A DNA stretch of 63,283 bases, filler included, from Basidiobolus ranarum (taxonomy: Eukaryota): the NCBI GenBank assembly GCA_040143965.1. It is 48 parts of 48 records of this genome, joined end to end, with 100 filler letters (N's around TTAATTAATTAA, not from the genome) between each part and the next. Parts side by side here need not be neighbours in the genome. Positions count along the whole stretch, not along the records: positions 11,934 to 13,157 come from JASJQH010005928.1; positions 13,258 to 14,481 come from JASJQH010005929.1; positions 14,582 to 15,805 come from JASJQH010005930.1; positions 15,906 to 17,129 come from JASJQH010005931.1; positions 17,230 to 18,452 come from JASJQH010005932.1; positions 18,553 to 19,775 come from JASJQH010005933.1; positions 19,876 to 21,098 come from JASJQH010005934.1; positions 21,199 to 22,421 come from JASJQH010005935.1; 40 more parts are not named here. One strand, given 5' to 3'. Made by a program: the position numbers and the translations under genes. Positions 12,775-25,165 of the stretch are shown piece after piece. The notes beneath the pieces were generated by a model that searched no databases, was not told the origin of the DNA, and saw nothing but the letters and a program-made list of their open reading frames with translations. Each line of letters begins with the position of its first letter. Positions within the stretch are counted from its first letter, which is position 1.

Positions 12775-13157
12775 ATGAAGTTCAACATCTTCCTGATCTC
12801 TACCCTCTCCACTACTCTACTCTTTGCTCCTTTGGGTAGCTTAGCAGCAGATGACAAGGTAGTTGTCGGCTACTATGTCCCATGGGGCAAAGTTGAGCCT
12901 GAGCAGTTAAGCCTGGATAAGGTCACTCACATTAATTACGGTAAGTTCTGGTCTTCACTTACTATTGGAAATACGTTCATTTAGCTGATAGTAACCTCTG
13001 CATTGTAGGATTCGGAGTACTAACCAAGAAAACTGCTGACCCTGCTGAAATCACTATCGACAGATACTATGATGGCAACAGAATTCGTAAACTCAAACAA
13101 GTAGCCAGTGCAAAGGGTGTAAAGACTCTGATCTCGTTGGGTGGCTGGACTGGTAGT
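12775..13157 (+). CDS. Secreted GH18 chitinase, N-terminus; intron 12941-13008
   Basis: Signal peptide, KVVVGYYVPW, KVTHINYG|F and GVKTLISLGGWTGS (GH18 SxGG motif). Confidence 0.93.
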
Positions 13158-13257
13158 NNNNNNNNNNNNNNNNNNNNNNNNNNNNNNNNNNNNNNNNNNN
13201 NTTAATTAATTAANNNNNNNNNNNNNNNNNNNNNNNNNNNNNNNNNNNNNNNNNNNN

Positions 13258-14481
13258 GCTCAGGATCCACAAAACCATCTGGTCAATCTATGAATATATC
13301 CTCTTCCAAGTCCCCATTCAAAAAAGCAGTTTTAACATCCATTTAATGGATTTTTAAGCTGTATTTTACTGCTACTGCTAGTATGGTTCTGATTGAATTA
13401 AACTATGCTACAGGAGCAAGAGCTTCATTGTAATCCACCCCTTCCATTTGAGAGTATACTTTAGCCACAAGTCTGGCTTTATATCTCTCTTCAGATCCAT
13501 CAGCTTTCTGCTCAACTTTAAACGCCAATTTGTGTCTAATTGATTTTTGGTCATCAGGTAGCTCAACTAAAGTCCATGTTTGTTTATCTATGAGTGACTG
13601 TTACTCCTCTGCCATTGTAGCACTCCAAAACTTTGTGTTGAGACTCTCTGTAGCCTCCTGTACAGATTTGAGTTCATCAGAAAAGGCTAAATTAGCACTA
13701 GGCTCCTTTTGGCTAGTATGAGAGTAGTAATCAGGTGGAGATCTCATCAGATTCAATCTCCTAAGATGGGAAATTGGCACTACAACTTCTGGTACCAATT
13801 TAGGCAATGAATCACCTCAGGTTTGGCTGAGGACACTGCAGGTGAGAGATTTTCAATGTTTTTCTCACTGATCAGGATCTGGTGAGAAAAAGAAGAATTT
13901 TCATCAATTTTTGGTTGTTTTTCTTGATCCTGGATTGTTTTGATTGAAAATTTTTCTTCTTCCGCAAATTCCACATCCCTTGACTTGATTAGCTTCTTAT
14001 TTTTAGTGTCATACAGTCTGTACCCTTTTGTCCCATCACAATATCCCAAAAAAAGACATTTCTGGCTTTTTTGGTCTAATTTTGATCTCTTCTGGTCTGG
14101 AATCATTGCATATGCAGTACTTCCAAAAACTCTGAGATTAGCCACATCAGGTTTACTTCCAAACCAAGCTTGATAAGGTGTCATAGCCAATAGAGACCTA
14201 GAAGGACATCTATTCCTAATATATACTGCAGTTGCAACCGATTCAGCCCAGAACTGTTTTGGTAAATCTTGATCATGAAGCATTGATCTTGCCTTTTCCA
14301 TTATTGATCTGTTTGCACGTTCTGCTACTCCATTCTGCTGTGGAGAATATGGCACTGTAGTCTGCTGTTTTATCCCATGTGTTGAGCAGAAGTTAGAGAA
14401 GAGTTTTGAGGTATATTCCCCTCCATTATCAGTATGGATAATCTTAATCTTTAGACCTGTTTCAGTCTGAACCATTGCTTT
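13258..14481 (-). mobile_element. Ty1/Copia integrase and start of RT
   Basis: TDNGGEY, TTVPYSPQQNGVAERANR, SKLDQKSQKCLFLGY; RT YKARLVAK and MDVKTAFLNG with stops. Confidence 0.95.
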
Positions 14482-14581
14482 NNNNNNNNNNNNNNNNNNN
14501 NNNNNNNNNNNNNNNNNNNNNNNNNTTAATTAATTAANNNNNNNNNNNNNNNNNNNNNNNNNNNNNNNNNNNNNNNNNNNN

Positions 14582-15805
14582 ATCTGCATTTCCAGAGTCA
14601 GATATACTGGCAAAAAAGCGTAATTTCACCATGGAACTGGGTACACCAGTTGGAAGAGTGCTAAATTTGGAAGTTTATCCAACACCTGGCACTGCTCAGC
14701 AAGCCAAACACAAGCAAATAAAACTCATGGCTCTCTAACCTCAACTGGTCCATTTCAAAGTGTTGAAATTAGCCACAAAGATAAAGGCAAGCAAAGAGCC
14801 ACACAAACACCACAAAGCACCCTCAGTAGTGTCGTGCTACAAGGATGTTCAAAAATAGTCAAAGTGGTTGAGGAGTATTTTTAAAAGTATGAAGGGAAAA
14901 ACACAGTGCAAGTATGCAGAAAGTGGCTTCAGAAGAACATTCAACCTGACATTCAGTCTGGTATTGACCATGCTGATATCTGGGAAGAACTTAATACAGA
15001 GTGGCTTAATATTGCAGGATATCTGCCAGATAGCTGGAAGAATGTTGATTCAGCAATGTTAATACAATGTTGAGCTTTGATGGAGATATTGATACAAACT
15101 TGTGTTGGGTATGAAGAACTCTATAAAATATTCTGGAGAATATGTCAAAGAGACTAGGGATTTTGAAGGTGACAAATTAGCATTCTTGTGGTAATTGTGT
15201 AAAATTTGAGTCATGTTTTTTGTACATATGTTGATCCATAGTTCTCTGAGATTGTAGCCAATCATGCACAACGGTTTTGCAAGATCTTGAAATTTCACTC
15301 CTGAAACTGAAAAAATTGATTAAAATCAAATCTAACTTGACAATTTTATGATGGTAAGTGAACAGTCAATCCCATATGGATTAAAATTGTGACAGTTTGC
15401 CTACAATAACAATCCTCAACTTTCTGTTAGGGCAACATTGAGAGTTGTTTGTTGATATTCTTAATATATTCTTATGGTATCAACTCACATTGGCAGATCT
15501 CAGGCAGATACAGCAACTATGCAAACCCTAACAAAAATAAAATTGATTTGATCCGGATTGGATCCATCCTCCAAAATAGCAAAACCATCAGAGAACCATC
15601 ACAATATCATTGGCTTGCATTCTGCCAGGGATTTTGATGGTGTGATGGTGGTTTCTTGATGGTATCTTAACAGTATTCATACATGTTAAAATACTGATCC
15701 TCAAATTTGGCATGTGTTATTCAATATCCAGCAATTTTTGCAAAAATATAATTTTCAAATGGCAAATTACTGGGTTTACTGCTGTAGGAATTCGAATTAA
15801 TATGC
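14582..15805. mobile_element. CACTA end B (to 15432), 93 bp transposase remnant, CACTA end A (from 15526)
   Basis: TTTCTGTTAGGG and CCCTAACAAAAATAAAAT termini; the spacer encodes a fragment ...QLTLADLRQIQQLC. Confidence 0.85.
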
Positions 15806-15905
15806 NNNNNNNNNNNNNNNNNNNNNNNNNNNNNNNNNNNNNNNNNNNNTTAATTAATTAANNNNNNNNNNNNNNNNNNNNNNNNNNNNNNNNNNNNNNN
15901 NNNNN

Positions 15906-16015
15906 CACCAAAATGTATAAATGCTTAATTTCTGGTCAATAAATAATTATCTCACAAAGCTATTCACAACTCCACTTTTCTAAAGTTCCTCCAAACAGCC
16001 CATATTTTCCCAATA
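15906..16015 (+). mobile_element. 3' end of Copia family-B LTR
   Basis: Matches 25735-25841 and ends TTTTCCCAATA. Confidence 0.8.
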
Positions 16016-16390
16016 CAGATATGGTATTAAGAATACCTTTGTCAACTACCCTGCTTCTTGCTCATTGGAAAATCTGTATTTTTATATATAAAACAATAGT
16101 GGCTATCTACTTGACCTTGCGTCAATATATCTGACAGACCCTGTAGCAAAAAGGAAAACTGAAACTAGACTTGATAAGAATATCTTTAAATGATTGTACT
16201 CTTATGCAAACTATTAGTACCCCATTCTATCAACCTCATCAGTAGGAAAGAATATCACATGCTGTATTACTATCTCCTTCAAATTCCTTTCAGTATAAAG
16301 CAAGCTTTGGGGGCTGGTGAATGTTAAGTTTTTCAGGCATAAAGAAAGAAAGGTGAAGTGCTAATTGAAAATATCTGACAACTGACGGTC

Positions 16391-17129
16391 TGTTGAAATT
16401 AGCATTGCCAAAACACCTACATAGTCATATATAGCATAGTATTTAGCTGCTCTGTATTTCACCAAGTTATCACCCACTATTCTCAAGAGGAATTTACCTA
16501 GAAGTTCTCCAATATATAGATTTTTCAAACTTGTGCTAGAAGCCCCGAACTTTGCACACATGTTCTTGGGATCTTCTGTAACGCATTCTACACGTTTGTT
16601 TGCTTAAATCCTGACAGAACTATATATGTCAACTCTCTACTCAATGAATCAATAGGTGAAAGCCATCAATTTTTCTAGTTCTCCAAACCACTTTCAACAA
16701 ACTCCCAAAACACTTCAACAACTAGCAGATATAGATAGTAGCAGAGAGCCTTGACCATGTTTAAGTGTTTTAAATCTATATATCTGAGACTTCCAAATAA
16801 GTTTTGGATTTTAGTGATATTTTAGTTCAATATGAGATAACTGAGTACTAAGCTATATGTGACTATATATATGCTTAGGCAATGCTAATTTCAACATTAG
16901 TGGGATATTTGAAAGTGTATCTTGCTAATTACTGTTGAAATTAGCATTGCCTAAACACCTATATAGTCATATATAGCTTGGTACTTAGTTATCTTATAAC
17001 TCACTAAGACATTATCAATTATTCTCAATTGCAATTTACTTAGAATATTTTTACCAACTTAGAAGTTCTCAGATATGTAGATTTTTCAAACTTGTGCTAG
17101 AAGCCCCACAATTTGCACCCATGTTCCTG
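16391..17129. mobile_element. Cluster of Copia family-A LTRs (+16391-16720, partial - ~16830-16896, partial +16933-17129)
   Basis: TGTTGAAATTAGCATTGCC starts and similarity to 27996-28343. Confidence 0.85.
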
Positions 17130-19428
17130 NNNNNNNNNNNNNNNNNNNNNNNNNNNNNNNNNNNNNNNNNNNNTTAATTAATTAANNNNNNNNNNNNNNN
17201 NNNNNNNNNNNNNNNNNNNNNNNNNNNNNAGGATCGTGAATATTAATCATTATGCTGGGACCGCTGATAAGTTAGTAGAACTCTTCAAAAATAGTAATCA
17301 TAATCTACACTCGAGAAGCTGATGAGAAGAAACACTACTCGTAGAGGCTCGTGGGGTGATTAGCTATGAAAATCGGGTAAGAAGCATCAGTATTCCTGTA
17401 GCTCTCAAAAAGACATCCCAGTAAGGCGTAGTAAGAACTAGACAAGGGAATAAGGAGAAAACTATTGGGGAGCTGTTAAATAGGTTCCCCGAGAATAGAG
17501 AGAAATAAATGCTCGGGTAGTTAATTAGTCCACAATTTGTTATCCAACCTGCCACTTTGAACTTTAAAAACAAATTATTCGTTTGTCAGTATGAGCATCT
17601 GTGCGGTAGACTCATAATGCCGTAATAACTTGCCAATTGTTCTACCTTATCGAACCAGTTAGTTATGTGCATGGGGTTTAGATATGATAATCCATGATAT
17701 AGGTCAATGTCACTTTGTCGAGGAAGATTATCACAACTGAGCCCTATTTTACTACGAGTCGAGTTAGGAAGAATTTGTCTTTTTGACTTGGTAGCTCAAG
17801 TTCTCTCTGCTGTGAAGGAGATTATATCTTATATCTATCAATATGAGCATGCTTAGTGTACAAATCGAAGCAATGGGGTTTAAATTATGCAAATAGTTAT
17901 GACAGCAGTGCACACCATATACTGGAACTATAAGCATAAGCATGAGGTCTGCTTCACCTGCTTATTTACTGCATACAAAAGGGCAACTAGTTAGGAGCAA
18001 CCATGTGAACAGTAGCTTAAAAACTCGAACTACACATGGCAAATTGAAAGTTTAGCAGCAAGATGTTCGCTGCGAGCTATTAGCAAGCAATTTTTTTAGC
18101 AGTATGCCCTTCAGCACACAGGCAAGTTAATTTCAGAATATTGTTTTCAAATATTTACCAAGTAGCAATGATAGGTTCTCAGGGCAGGCTGTACAGCACA
18201 CACAACGTATTGTGCATTTAAAATTATTGGTGATCTCAGGTCTTGTTTGCAGAGGTCAAACTGAAATTCGGAATTACTAGTCATTGCAGGAATGTGACAT
18301 TTGTGTTTCGCAGGAGCCTAATATAGAATTTGAAGTTTATGTTGAAGTGCCTTGAGCTCCTATTACTGGGATTGCTGATAATAGGTTAGTTATTACCGTT
18401 GCACCCCAGAAACTCATTGTACCCCATACTAGAGTATAACCTAAGAAAGCAGNNNNNNNNNNNNNNNNNNNNNNNNNNNNNNNNNNNNNNNNNNNNTTAA
18501 TTAATTAANNNNNNNNNNNNNNNNNNNNNNNNNNNNNNNNNNNNNNNNNNNNAGCTCAGTTAGTTGACCAGACTGTTTATCAACCAGCTCAGCCACCTCA
18601 ACCCCAGATCATCATTCCTCAGTGGCCAATGCACCGACCCAGAAAAGCCTACAAGAAGTACAAGAAATTTGCTCACCGTTCTTTCAAGATCAGATATTTC
18701 AGCGGTAACAGACACTAAACTCTCACCCTTTTTCACTGGCTTTTCTCATAACGACTTGCAATTATGGATATAAAGCTGAATCCTCAATAAAGTATTCCGA
18801 ATGCTAATAACAGCAAGTTGTGGTCAAATTTTGGTAGTGTGGGGGAGGGCTAATGAGTGATTTACTAGAAATAGCAGTTACTATTCTCAATTTAAGTGAT
18901 CTTGACAAGTACCCACTATAAACAGAAAAGATACTTCACTACCATCGCTGTATTAAAAAATATGCACAGTACAATACTCTAGAGAATAATCTTAATCACA
19001 TGAAGAGTACAAATTACTGCTTGTTGTAGATGTCAGACTCGTAAAGGTAAGTAGAATATTCGTCCAGTATGGATATACTTACAGTGAAAACAAACTGTTG
19101 GTTGAGCCGGGTAACAATTCTAAAGACTGCTAATATACGTTGGTATACAAGTCAATCATAGTTTTTAGATTATTACGGTTGTCCTGGTGAACTGTTTTAT
19201 GCTCGTCAAGAAACTGATACATACTTTAGACCGTGAAGTAAAGATAGTCCAATTTAGTAAACTCCTTGATAGCTTAATATGTACGTATTAGAAAAAGTTC
19301 GTTAGGCAGATTATGAGGCTCTTCAAATAGCACTTCTTGAGTTGGCATCACTAATATATATATGCCTAGTTTCCGTCAGTTGATACTCATTCAGTTCCTA
19401 GCTTATCAGCATTAACCATTCAGTAAGC

Positions 19429-19775
19429 ATGCAAACTATTCTCCTCACTTTGATTTCATCTTGCATCGTGATTCAAGGAGCATTGGCAGCTCCACTCCAT
19501 CATCTTCCAGGCTCTACAAATGCAGTTGCGCAAACCACTTACAAAGACAGATCTTGTGGACAACAGACTGGGCCTTGCGATATACAACCTCAATACCAGG
19601 TAACTCCTCAAGTGAGAGAGTACAGTTATGCCCAACCACAAGCAATGCCAGTGTATCAACAGAGTGAAGAACAGCCAGCAGACGAGGAGTCTACTCTTGA
19701 TCAAGGCCAAATGAAACAGGCTCCAGCTGAAGATGATCAAAGTTCAGAACAACCAACAGAGGATGAGTCCACTCC
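19429..19775 (+). CDS. Putative secreted Q/E/D-rich repeat protein, 5' part, unknown function
   Basis: Signal-peptide-like MQTILLTLISSCIVIQGALA-AP; acidic repeats SEEQPADEEST / SSEQPTEDEST; TATATA ~70 bp upstream; open to the contig end. Confidence 0.7.
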
Positions 19776-19875
19776 NNNNNNNNNNNNNNNNNNNNNNNNN
19801 NNNNNNNNNNNNNNNNNNNTTAATTAATTAANNNNNNNNNNNNNNNNNNNNNNNNNNNNNNNNNNNNNNNNNNNN

Positions 19876-20770
19876 GCAACTAATCTTGCTTAGTACCGTT
19901 ATAGGGTGCTATCTGCCTGGTTTTTGACTTTGTAGACCCATTTGCAACCTATTGGCTTTCTGCCTGATGGTAGAGGACCTTCAATCCATGTTTTATAGTC
20001 CTGATGTGAAGTAAACTCATCAGACTATGCTTTTTCCCATAATTTTGATTCTGGACACTAACAAGCTTGATCTATAGTGTGTGGCTTATCATAAAATTCT
20101 GCATAAGATTATACATCATCATTGGCAGTGTTCCGCCAATTTCCTGGTTTATTTTTTGTTTGGGACAATCTTCTGGGTTTTGAATCATACTATGATGTAA
20201 TTGGGACTGGAATTTGGGTGGAATAGGGCTTAGATACAGCTGGAATCTTGTTATACACTTTCTAATTAGTGCTTATTGTGTTCTGGATCAAGAATTGTGA
20301 TTTGAGGTGAAACATTTGCTTTTTTCATAAAATAATACATGTCCGCACCTAATTAACTTCAGATTTTGGGTATTATGCAGTCTGTAGGCCTTAGATCCAT
20401 GACAGCAACCAAGAAATATGCATTTTCTACTTTTGGATTCCAATTAAGAGTGTTTTTGAGCTGGAATCAAGCAAAATGCTCTGCAACTAAAGATCCTGAG
20501 ATGCTTTGCACTAGGTTTTGATCCATATAGGGTGTCCAATGGAGTAGAATTTTGTAGCAATCTTGTGGGGCATCTGTATTTGATATGGATTGTGGTGGAG
20601 ACAGATTCAGCCAAATATTGGTAATCTAACTTTAGAGAATGTAAAATTGCTGTTACCATCTACACTATGGTCCTATTAGCACATTGTGCAACTCCATTTT
20701 GCTGTGGGATATAAGGTACAGTAGTTTGTTGCTTAATTCCATGTTTTGTACAAAAGTGCTGAAAATAGAT
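19876..20770 (-). mobile_element. Degenerate Copia integrase region
   Basis: QTTVPYIPQQNGVAQ, YLAESVSTTIHIKYRCPT, HLRIFSCRAFCLIP. Confidence 0.85.
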
Positions 20771-21199
20771 AAATAGCAATTCATTGTTTAGTAGTTTGTT
20801 TATTCATATTCTGATTATTTAGCACTCAAGTCTGTCATTCAAAAACATGTATTTATTGCTCTAATTGATATAAATATCAATTAGATCACTTTTACCAACT
20901 TTCACTTTTTGTCTCAAATCTCCTCCAAATCACCTCAAATTTTCACCCATGCTCAACAGGCATGTTTGTTATGATCTAAGTGCATCCAATAGTCTTATTT
21001 CATAGTAAACTCTAAATAGGACATACTTAATTCAATAAAACTTAAGTGTCTATTTCACAAATCCAAATCTTGTCCAAAACACTTCCAGATCCCCTAAANN
21101 NNNNNNNNNNNNNNNNNNNNNNNNNNNNNNNNNNNNNNNNNNTTAATTAATTAANNNNNNNNNNNNNNNNNNNNNNNNNNNNNNNNNNNNNNNNNNNNA

Positions 21200-21310
21200 T
21201 TAAATCCTTGGGAAGTTCCTTTATTAAATACAGTAATTCTTTTATCATCAGGAGCTACTGTTACTTGGGCTCATCATAGCTTATTAGGTGAATCTAGAAA
21301 AGGTACAATA
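21200..21310 (+). pseudogene. cox3: Mitochondrial cox3 fragment in nuclear context (NUMT)
   Basis: Translates [37 protein letters not shown], a conserved COX3 segment, with TTA-rich mitochondrial codon usage; abuts a retrotransposon LTR. Confidence 0.9.
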
Positions 21311-22295
21311 TGTGAATATGTACATATATTTTATTCAAAGGAAAACATATTAATGAATATCTCTGTTTGGCTGCTTGTTTACTCACCATGTACTAAGATT
21401 GATTCATCAGACTCAAGACCATTGAGATTTTGACTTGAAGTGATTGGCCATTTAGTATCAATCAGAGTGTGAGGGAGATCCTTAGTATGTAATGCTGAAG
21501 TTTGTTATGTAATAGGCTGGTTGCTATTGAAATTAGTGAGCTGTTTTATACTATTTTAGTGCTTCACATTAGCCTTTATTGCCATTCATAGATTGTTATT
21601 AAGCCTATGTCATATGCATAGGTATATAATGTCAATATGGAAGTTTGCAAATATATTTAAAGTAGATCTATTTGGAATATGGCTATTGCTGTTTTGGCAG
21701 CATCTGGTTCAATATTATGCCACTGCTTACTACCTCCACCCTTCTCATTGGTTCTCATTTCTGTTACATATATTCAGCATCCAAAACAATCTACAAGAGG
21801 ATTGGAAATATATTGCATATGGGATCTCTGGCTTTGGATCTCCAGAAGCCAAGATTATTCATCCACTGCAAATAGAACTCTTCTATTATTAGATTATTAT
21901 ATCATATCATCTGTATCATCCTTTCTTGGCAATCTTGTGTTAGTTCATCCAGGTTACTTGATATGAAAGTCATGCTCTTTGGTACATTCCATGAAACCTA
22001 ACCATCATGTCATCCCACACATAGTGTATTTCTCCCAAGACCTTCCATGGAAGGTCACCTGATCATCCTTACATCATCCCTCTTTAAATTGGTTCTTGTA
22101 GTCCCCAACACCCCAACACTTGAACTTGCCATAGTATATGCCCTATTCTGTATATTATGTTTCACCCTGCAATATCTATATAGGCTCCATGTTTTCCTTG
22201 ATCAGACCACAGTCGGATCAATGCCAGTTATCAATAAAGATTCTTGCCAAAGTATCTTCCCTGTCTAGTCTTGTCTTGTCTTGTCTTGCCTTGTC
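21311..22295 (+). mobile_element. Long LTR, family C (~1.05 kb, probably Gypsy)
   Basis: Starts TGTGA; has TATATA, AATAAA and (CTTGT)n; the missing terminus ...TTGTGACA is seen inverted at 43368; fragments at ~9981-10226 and ~34694-34942. Confidence 0.65.
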
Positions 22296-22421
22296 TATTG
22301 GGAAAATATTGGCTGTTTGGAGGAACTTTAGAAAAGTGGAGTTGTGAATAGCTTTGTGAGATTTGACTAAGTAATGTTAACTAACTTATATGTGATATAT
22401 GAAATAGTTAGGTGTATAAAG
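22296..22421 (-). mobile_element. Internally deleted Copia family-B LTR inserted in LTR-C
   Basis: TATTGGGAAAATA is the reverse complement of the LTR-B 3' end. Confidence 0.75.
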
Positions 22422-22521
22422 NNNNNNNNNNNNNNNNNNNNNNNNNNNNNNNNNNNNNNNNNNNNTTAATTAATTAANNNNNNNNNNNNNNNNNNNNNNN
22501 NNNNNNNNNNNNNNNNNNNNN

Positions 22522-23743
22522 GGAATTAGGAAGTTGGCCTCAGAAACAAGGCATTAATTTTCTGGCCAATCATATACCTAAGAAAAATCCTACTCTCAAT
22601 TTGGCTGATATTGGATACAATCAATTATTGGAATTATAGAATCAATCACAACAAGTATTCAATCACTCACAAAATTCAGGCAATTTGGTCTCAGAAATCC
22701 TACCAAGTAGAAATCAGAAACATCCTGTAAGTGAAACAACTGACCATTCTACCAAGGACTTTGGATGTCTCAAGTCAAAGCATGAAATCAACAGTTTCAA
22801 TTCAGAAAAAGGGTGGAATTTATCAGCATATATAATATCTTCTGAACCAGAAAATAAGATACAAGCAATGAAGTCTGATGAAGCAACAGAATGGAGAAAA
22901 GCTACCAATGATGAAATTCCCTCCCTAATCAAGAATAACACATGGATCCTTGTGGACTTATCTACTCAAAAGAAAACTATTGGTAATACATGGGTGATGA
23001 AACTAGCAAAGCTGATCACTGCATATACTTCAAGCCTATCTAAGCCACCAAAGTCATAATTACTCTCTATGTTCATGACAATATAAAAGTTAGTAATTGT
23101 TCAAATATGATGAAACAAATTAAGACCTGGCTATTCACCAAGTTTGAAATGCAAGATCTTGGTTCACTAGCATACTGTCTTGGAGTGCAGATACATCATA
23201 TTCCACTATTATAACACTCTGTATTATACCAGAAAAATATATTGCAGATGTCTTAAACCAATTCAATATATCAGAATGTAAAACAGCTTCAAATCCACTA
23301 CATATGCTGAAACTCACTATGGATATCAAACCACAGACTTCTGAAAATATTGAAATCACAAAACATATTCCTTACCATGGTGCAGTTGGAAGTCTCATAT
23401 ATGCAACAACTGGTACTGGGCCTGATATTGCTAAAGCAGTAAGCAAAGTAAGCAAAATATATGGAGAATCCTGCAATAGATCATTGGATAGCTGTGAAAC
23501 AGATAATATGCTATCTGAAAGGAACAATACATCATGGAATTCAATTTAGTAAGCAGTACAACATGTCACTTATTTTGGAAGGATATGCTGAAGCAGACTG
23601 GGCTAACAATGCCAAAGATGGTAAGTCCAGAACTGCATATGTGTTTAAGCTAGCAAGTTGGCCAATAAGCTGGATTAGCAAGAAACAACAAACTGTCACA
23701 TAATCAACTACAGAAGCAGAATATATGGCAAGCTATATGGCTG
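22522..23743 (+). mobile_element. Degenerate Copia RT-RNase H with internal deletion
   Basis: SLIKNNTWILV, IPYHGAVGSLIY, EGYAEADWA, ISWISKKQQTVT*STTEAEY. Confidence 0.92.
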
Positions 23744-23843
23744 NNNNNNNNNNNNNNNNNNNNNNNNNNNNNNNNNNNNNNNNNNNNTTAATTAATTAAN
23801 NNNNNNNNNNNNNNNNNNNNNNNNNNNNNNNNNNNNNNNNNNN

Positions 23844-23991
23844 TGGTGTTGCCGCATTATACTTATCCCAAGGCGGCTTGAGCACACCTGCGCAGGTATA
23901 CGCTGCACTTGTCTCCAAGGCCACCAAGAATGTGATTACAGGATTGAAGGGAACCACTCCCAATCTTTTGGTCTTTAACTCGAACCAATAA
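23844..23991 (+). CDS. Subtilisin-like (S8, proteinase K type) protease, C-terminus
   Basis: GVAALYLSQGGLSTPAQVYAALVSKATKNVITGLKGTTPNLLVFN*. Confidence 0.88.
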
Positions 23992-24702
23992 GCTGTGTTT
24001 AATAAAAGATGCTATGTTGCAAATAAAAACAATAGGCTTCTATATTTCGGTTGTATTGTATTCATACAATGAATTTCATGAAGAAACGTCACTCTACTGC
24101 TGATTTTTATCTCACTCGAATGGGATGTATAATTAATCGAATTTGCCATGTTTAAGAGATTTGTAGATATTGATGCATCTTATTTGAAACTAATAAGTGA
24201 TTTCTATAATTTCCTCGTGACCTAGAAAATGGTATGTTGCGATTTTAACTCCTGCGTAGTACCTGTCAGTATCCATAGTCACTAGTCTGATACAAACTGT
24301 TTGAGTAAATCGGTGCCCAGTAACTTATGCGCAGGTTTTTTGAACCAGTTTAGTGGTAACACCAGTTCTATACACTGTTAATCTCCAGCACGAAATTTTC
24401 TCATTGTTTCACATCACTCTGGTAGAGTGCGTAAATGATAATTGATCGACCTTGCTTACAGTCCCTATACGCCTTGAATGAGATAACCACATTAAGTTTG
24501 GAGTAAATTATTGAAGATGAAATATTATATTTGTATACTGAACATCAAACAAGAATGCGTGTGAAGATTGGCAAAGAAATATTTCTATTAGATTACGGAG
24601 GCGTTCCCGAGTAATACGTTGGTTTTCTGCATATAAATTGAAGTAGAGTTACTCAGTTTGCAAACCATCAGTTCCATTTTCAAAAACATCGTTTAATACA
24701 TC

Positions 24703-25065
24703 ATGGTGAATATTCGTTACTTTGCTTTGGGATCCATAGTTGCTGTCATTTTAGCCGTATCAGCAACTGATGCTCAGATTGTGGATGTTTCTAACCGCTA
24801 TATTGTCAAGATCAAAGAAGGGGCTGACTCTAACAAAGGTAAGATTATACTAGCATGCTAATGGCAGTATGGGATACAGTATTAATAGGTAAATGCTTTC
24901 CGTTTAGTCGACCAATTCTTAAAGACAAAACTTGACCAATATAACCGTGGCCGCAGTGGTAACAACTCCCTTAAAAATGAGCTAAAGAACAAGTTCGCCT
25001 TGGAGAACTTCAATGCTTATGCTGGTACACTCAGCCAAGCCCTTGTCAGTGAACTCAAGACCAAT
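24703..25065 (+). CDS. Secreted subtilisin-like protease, signal peptide and I9 propeptide; intron 24839-24907
   Basis: Hydrophobic leader, NRYIVKIKEG, FNAYAGTLSQALVSELK; tandem with the upstream S8 C-terminus. Confidence 0.82.
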
Positions 25066-25165
25066 NNNNNNNNNNNNNNNNNNNNNNNNNNNNNNNNNNN
25101 NNNNNNNNNTTAATTAATTAANNNNNNNNNNNNNNNNNNNNNNNNNNNNNNNNNNNNNNNNNNNN

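Noticed and set aside
17230-18452. Possible gene or MITE in this contig
   Set aside because: No convincing ORF, splice pattern, TIR or homology to other pieces.
18553-18580. tRNA-like start AGCTCAGTTAGTT
   Set aside because: No T-arm (GTTCRA) or acceptor stem follows.
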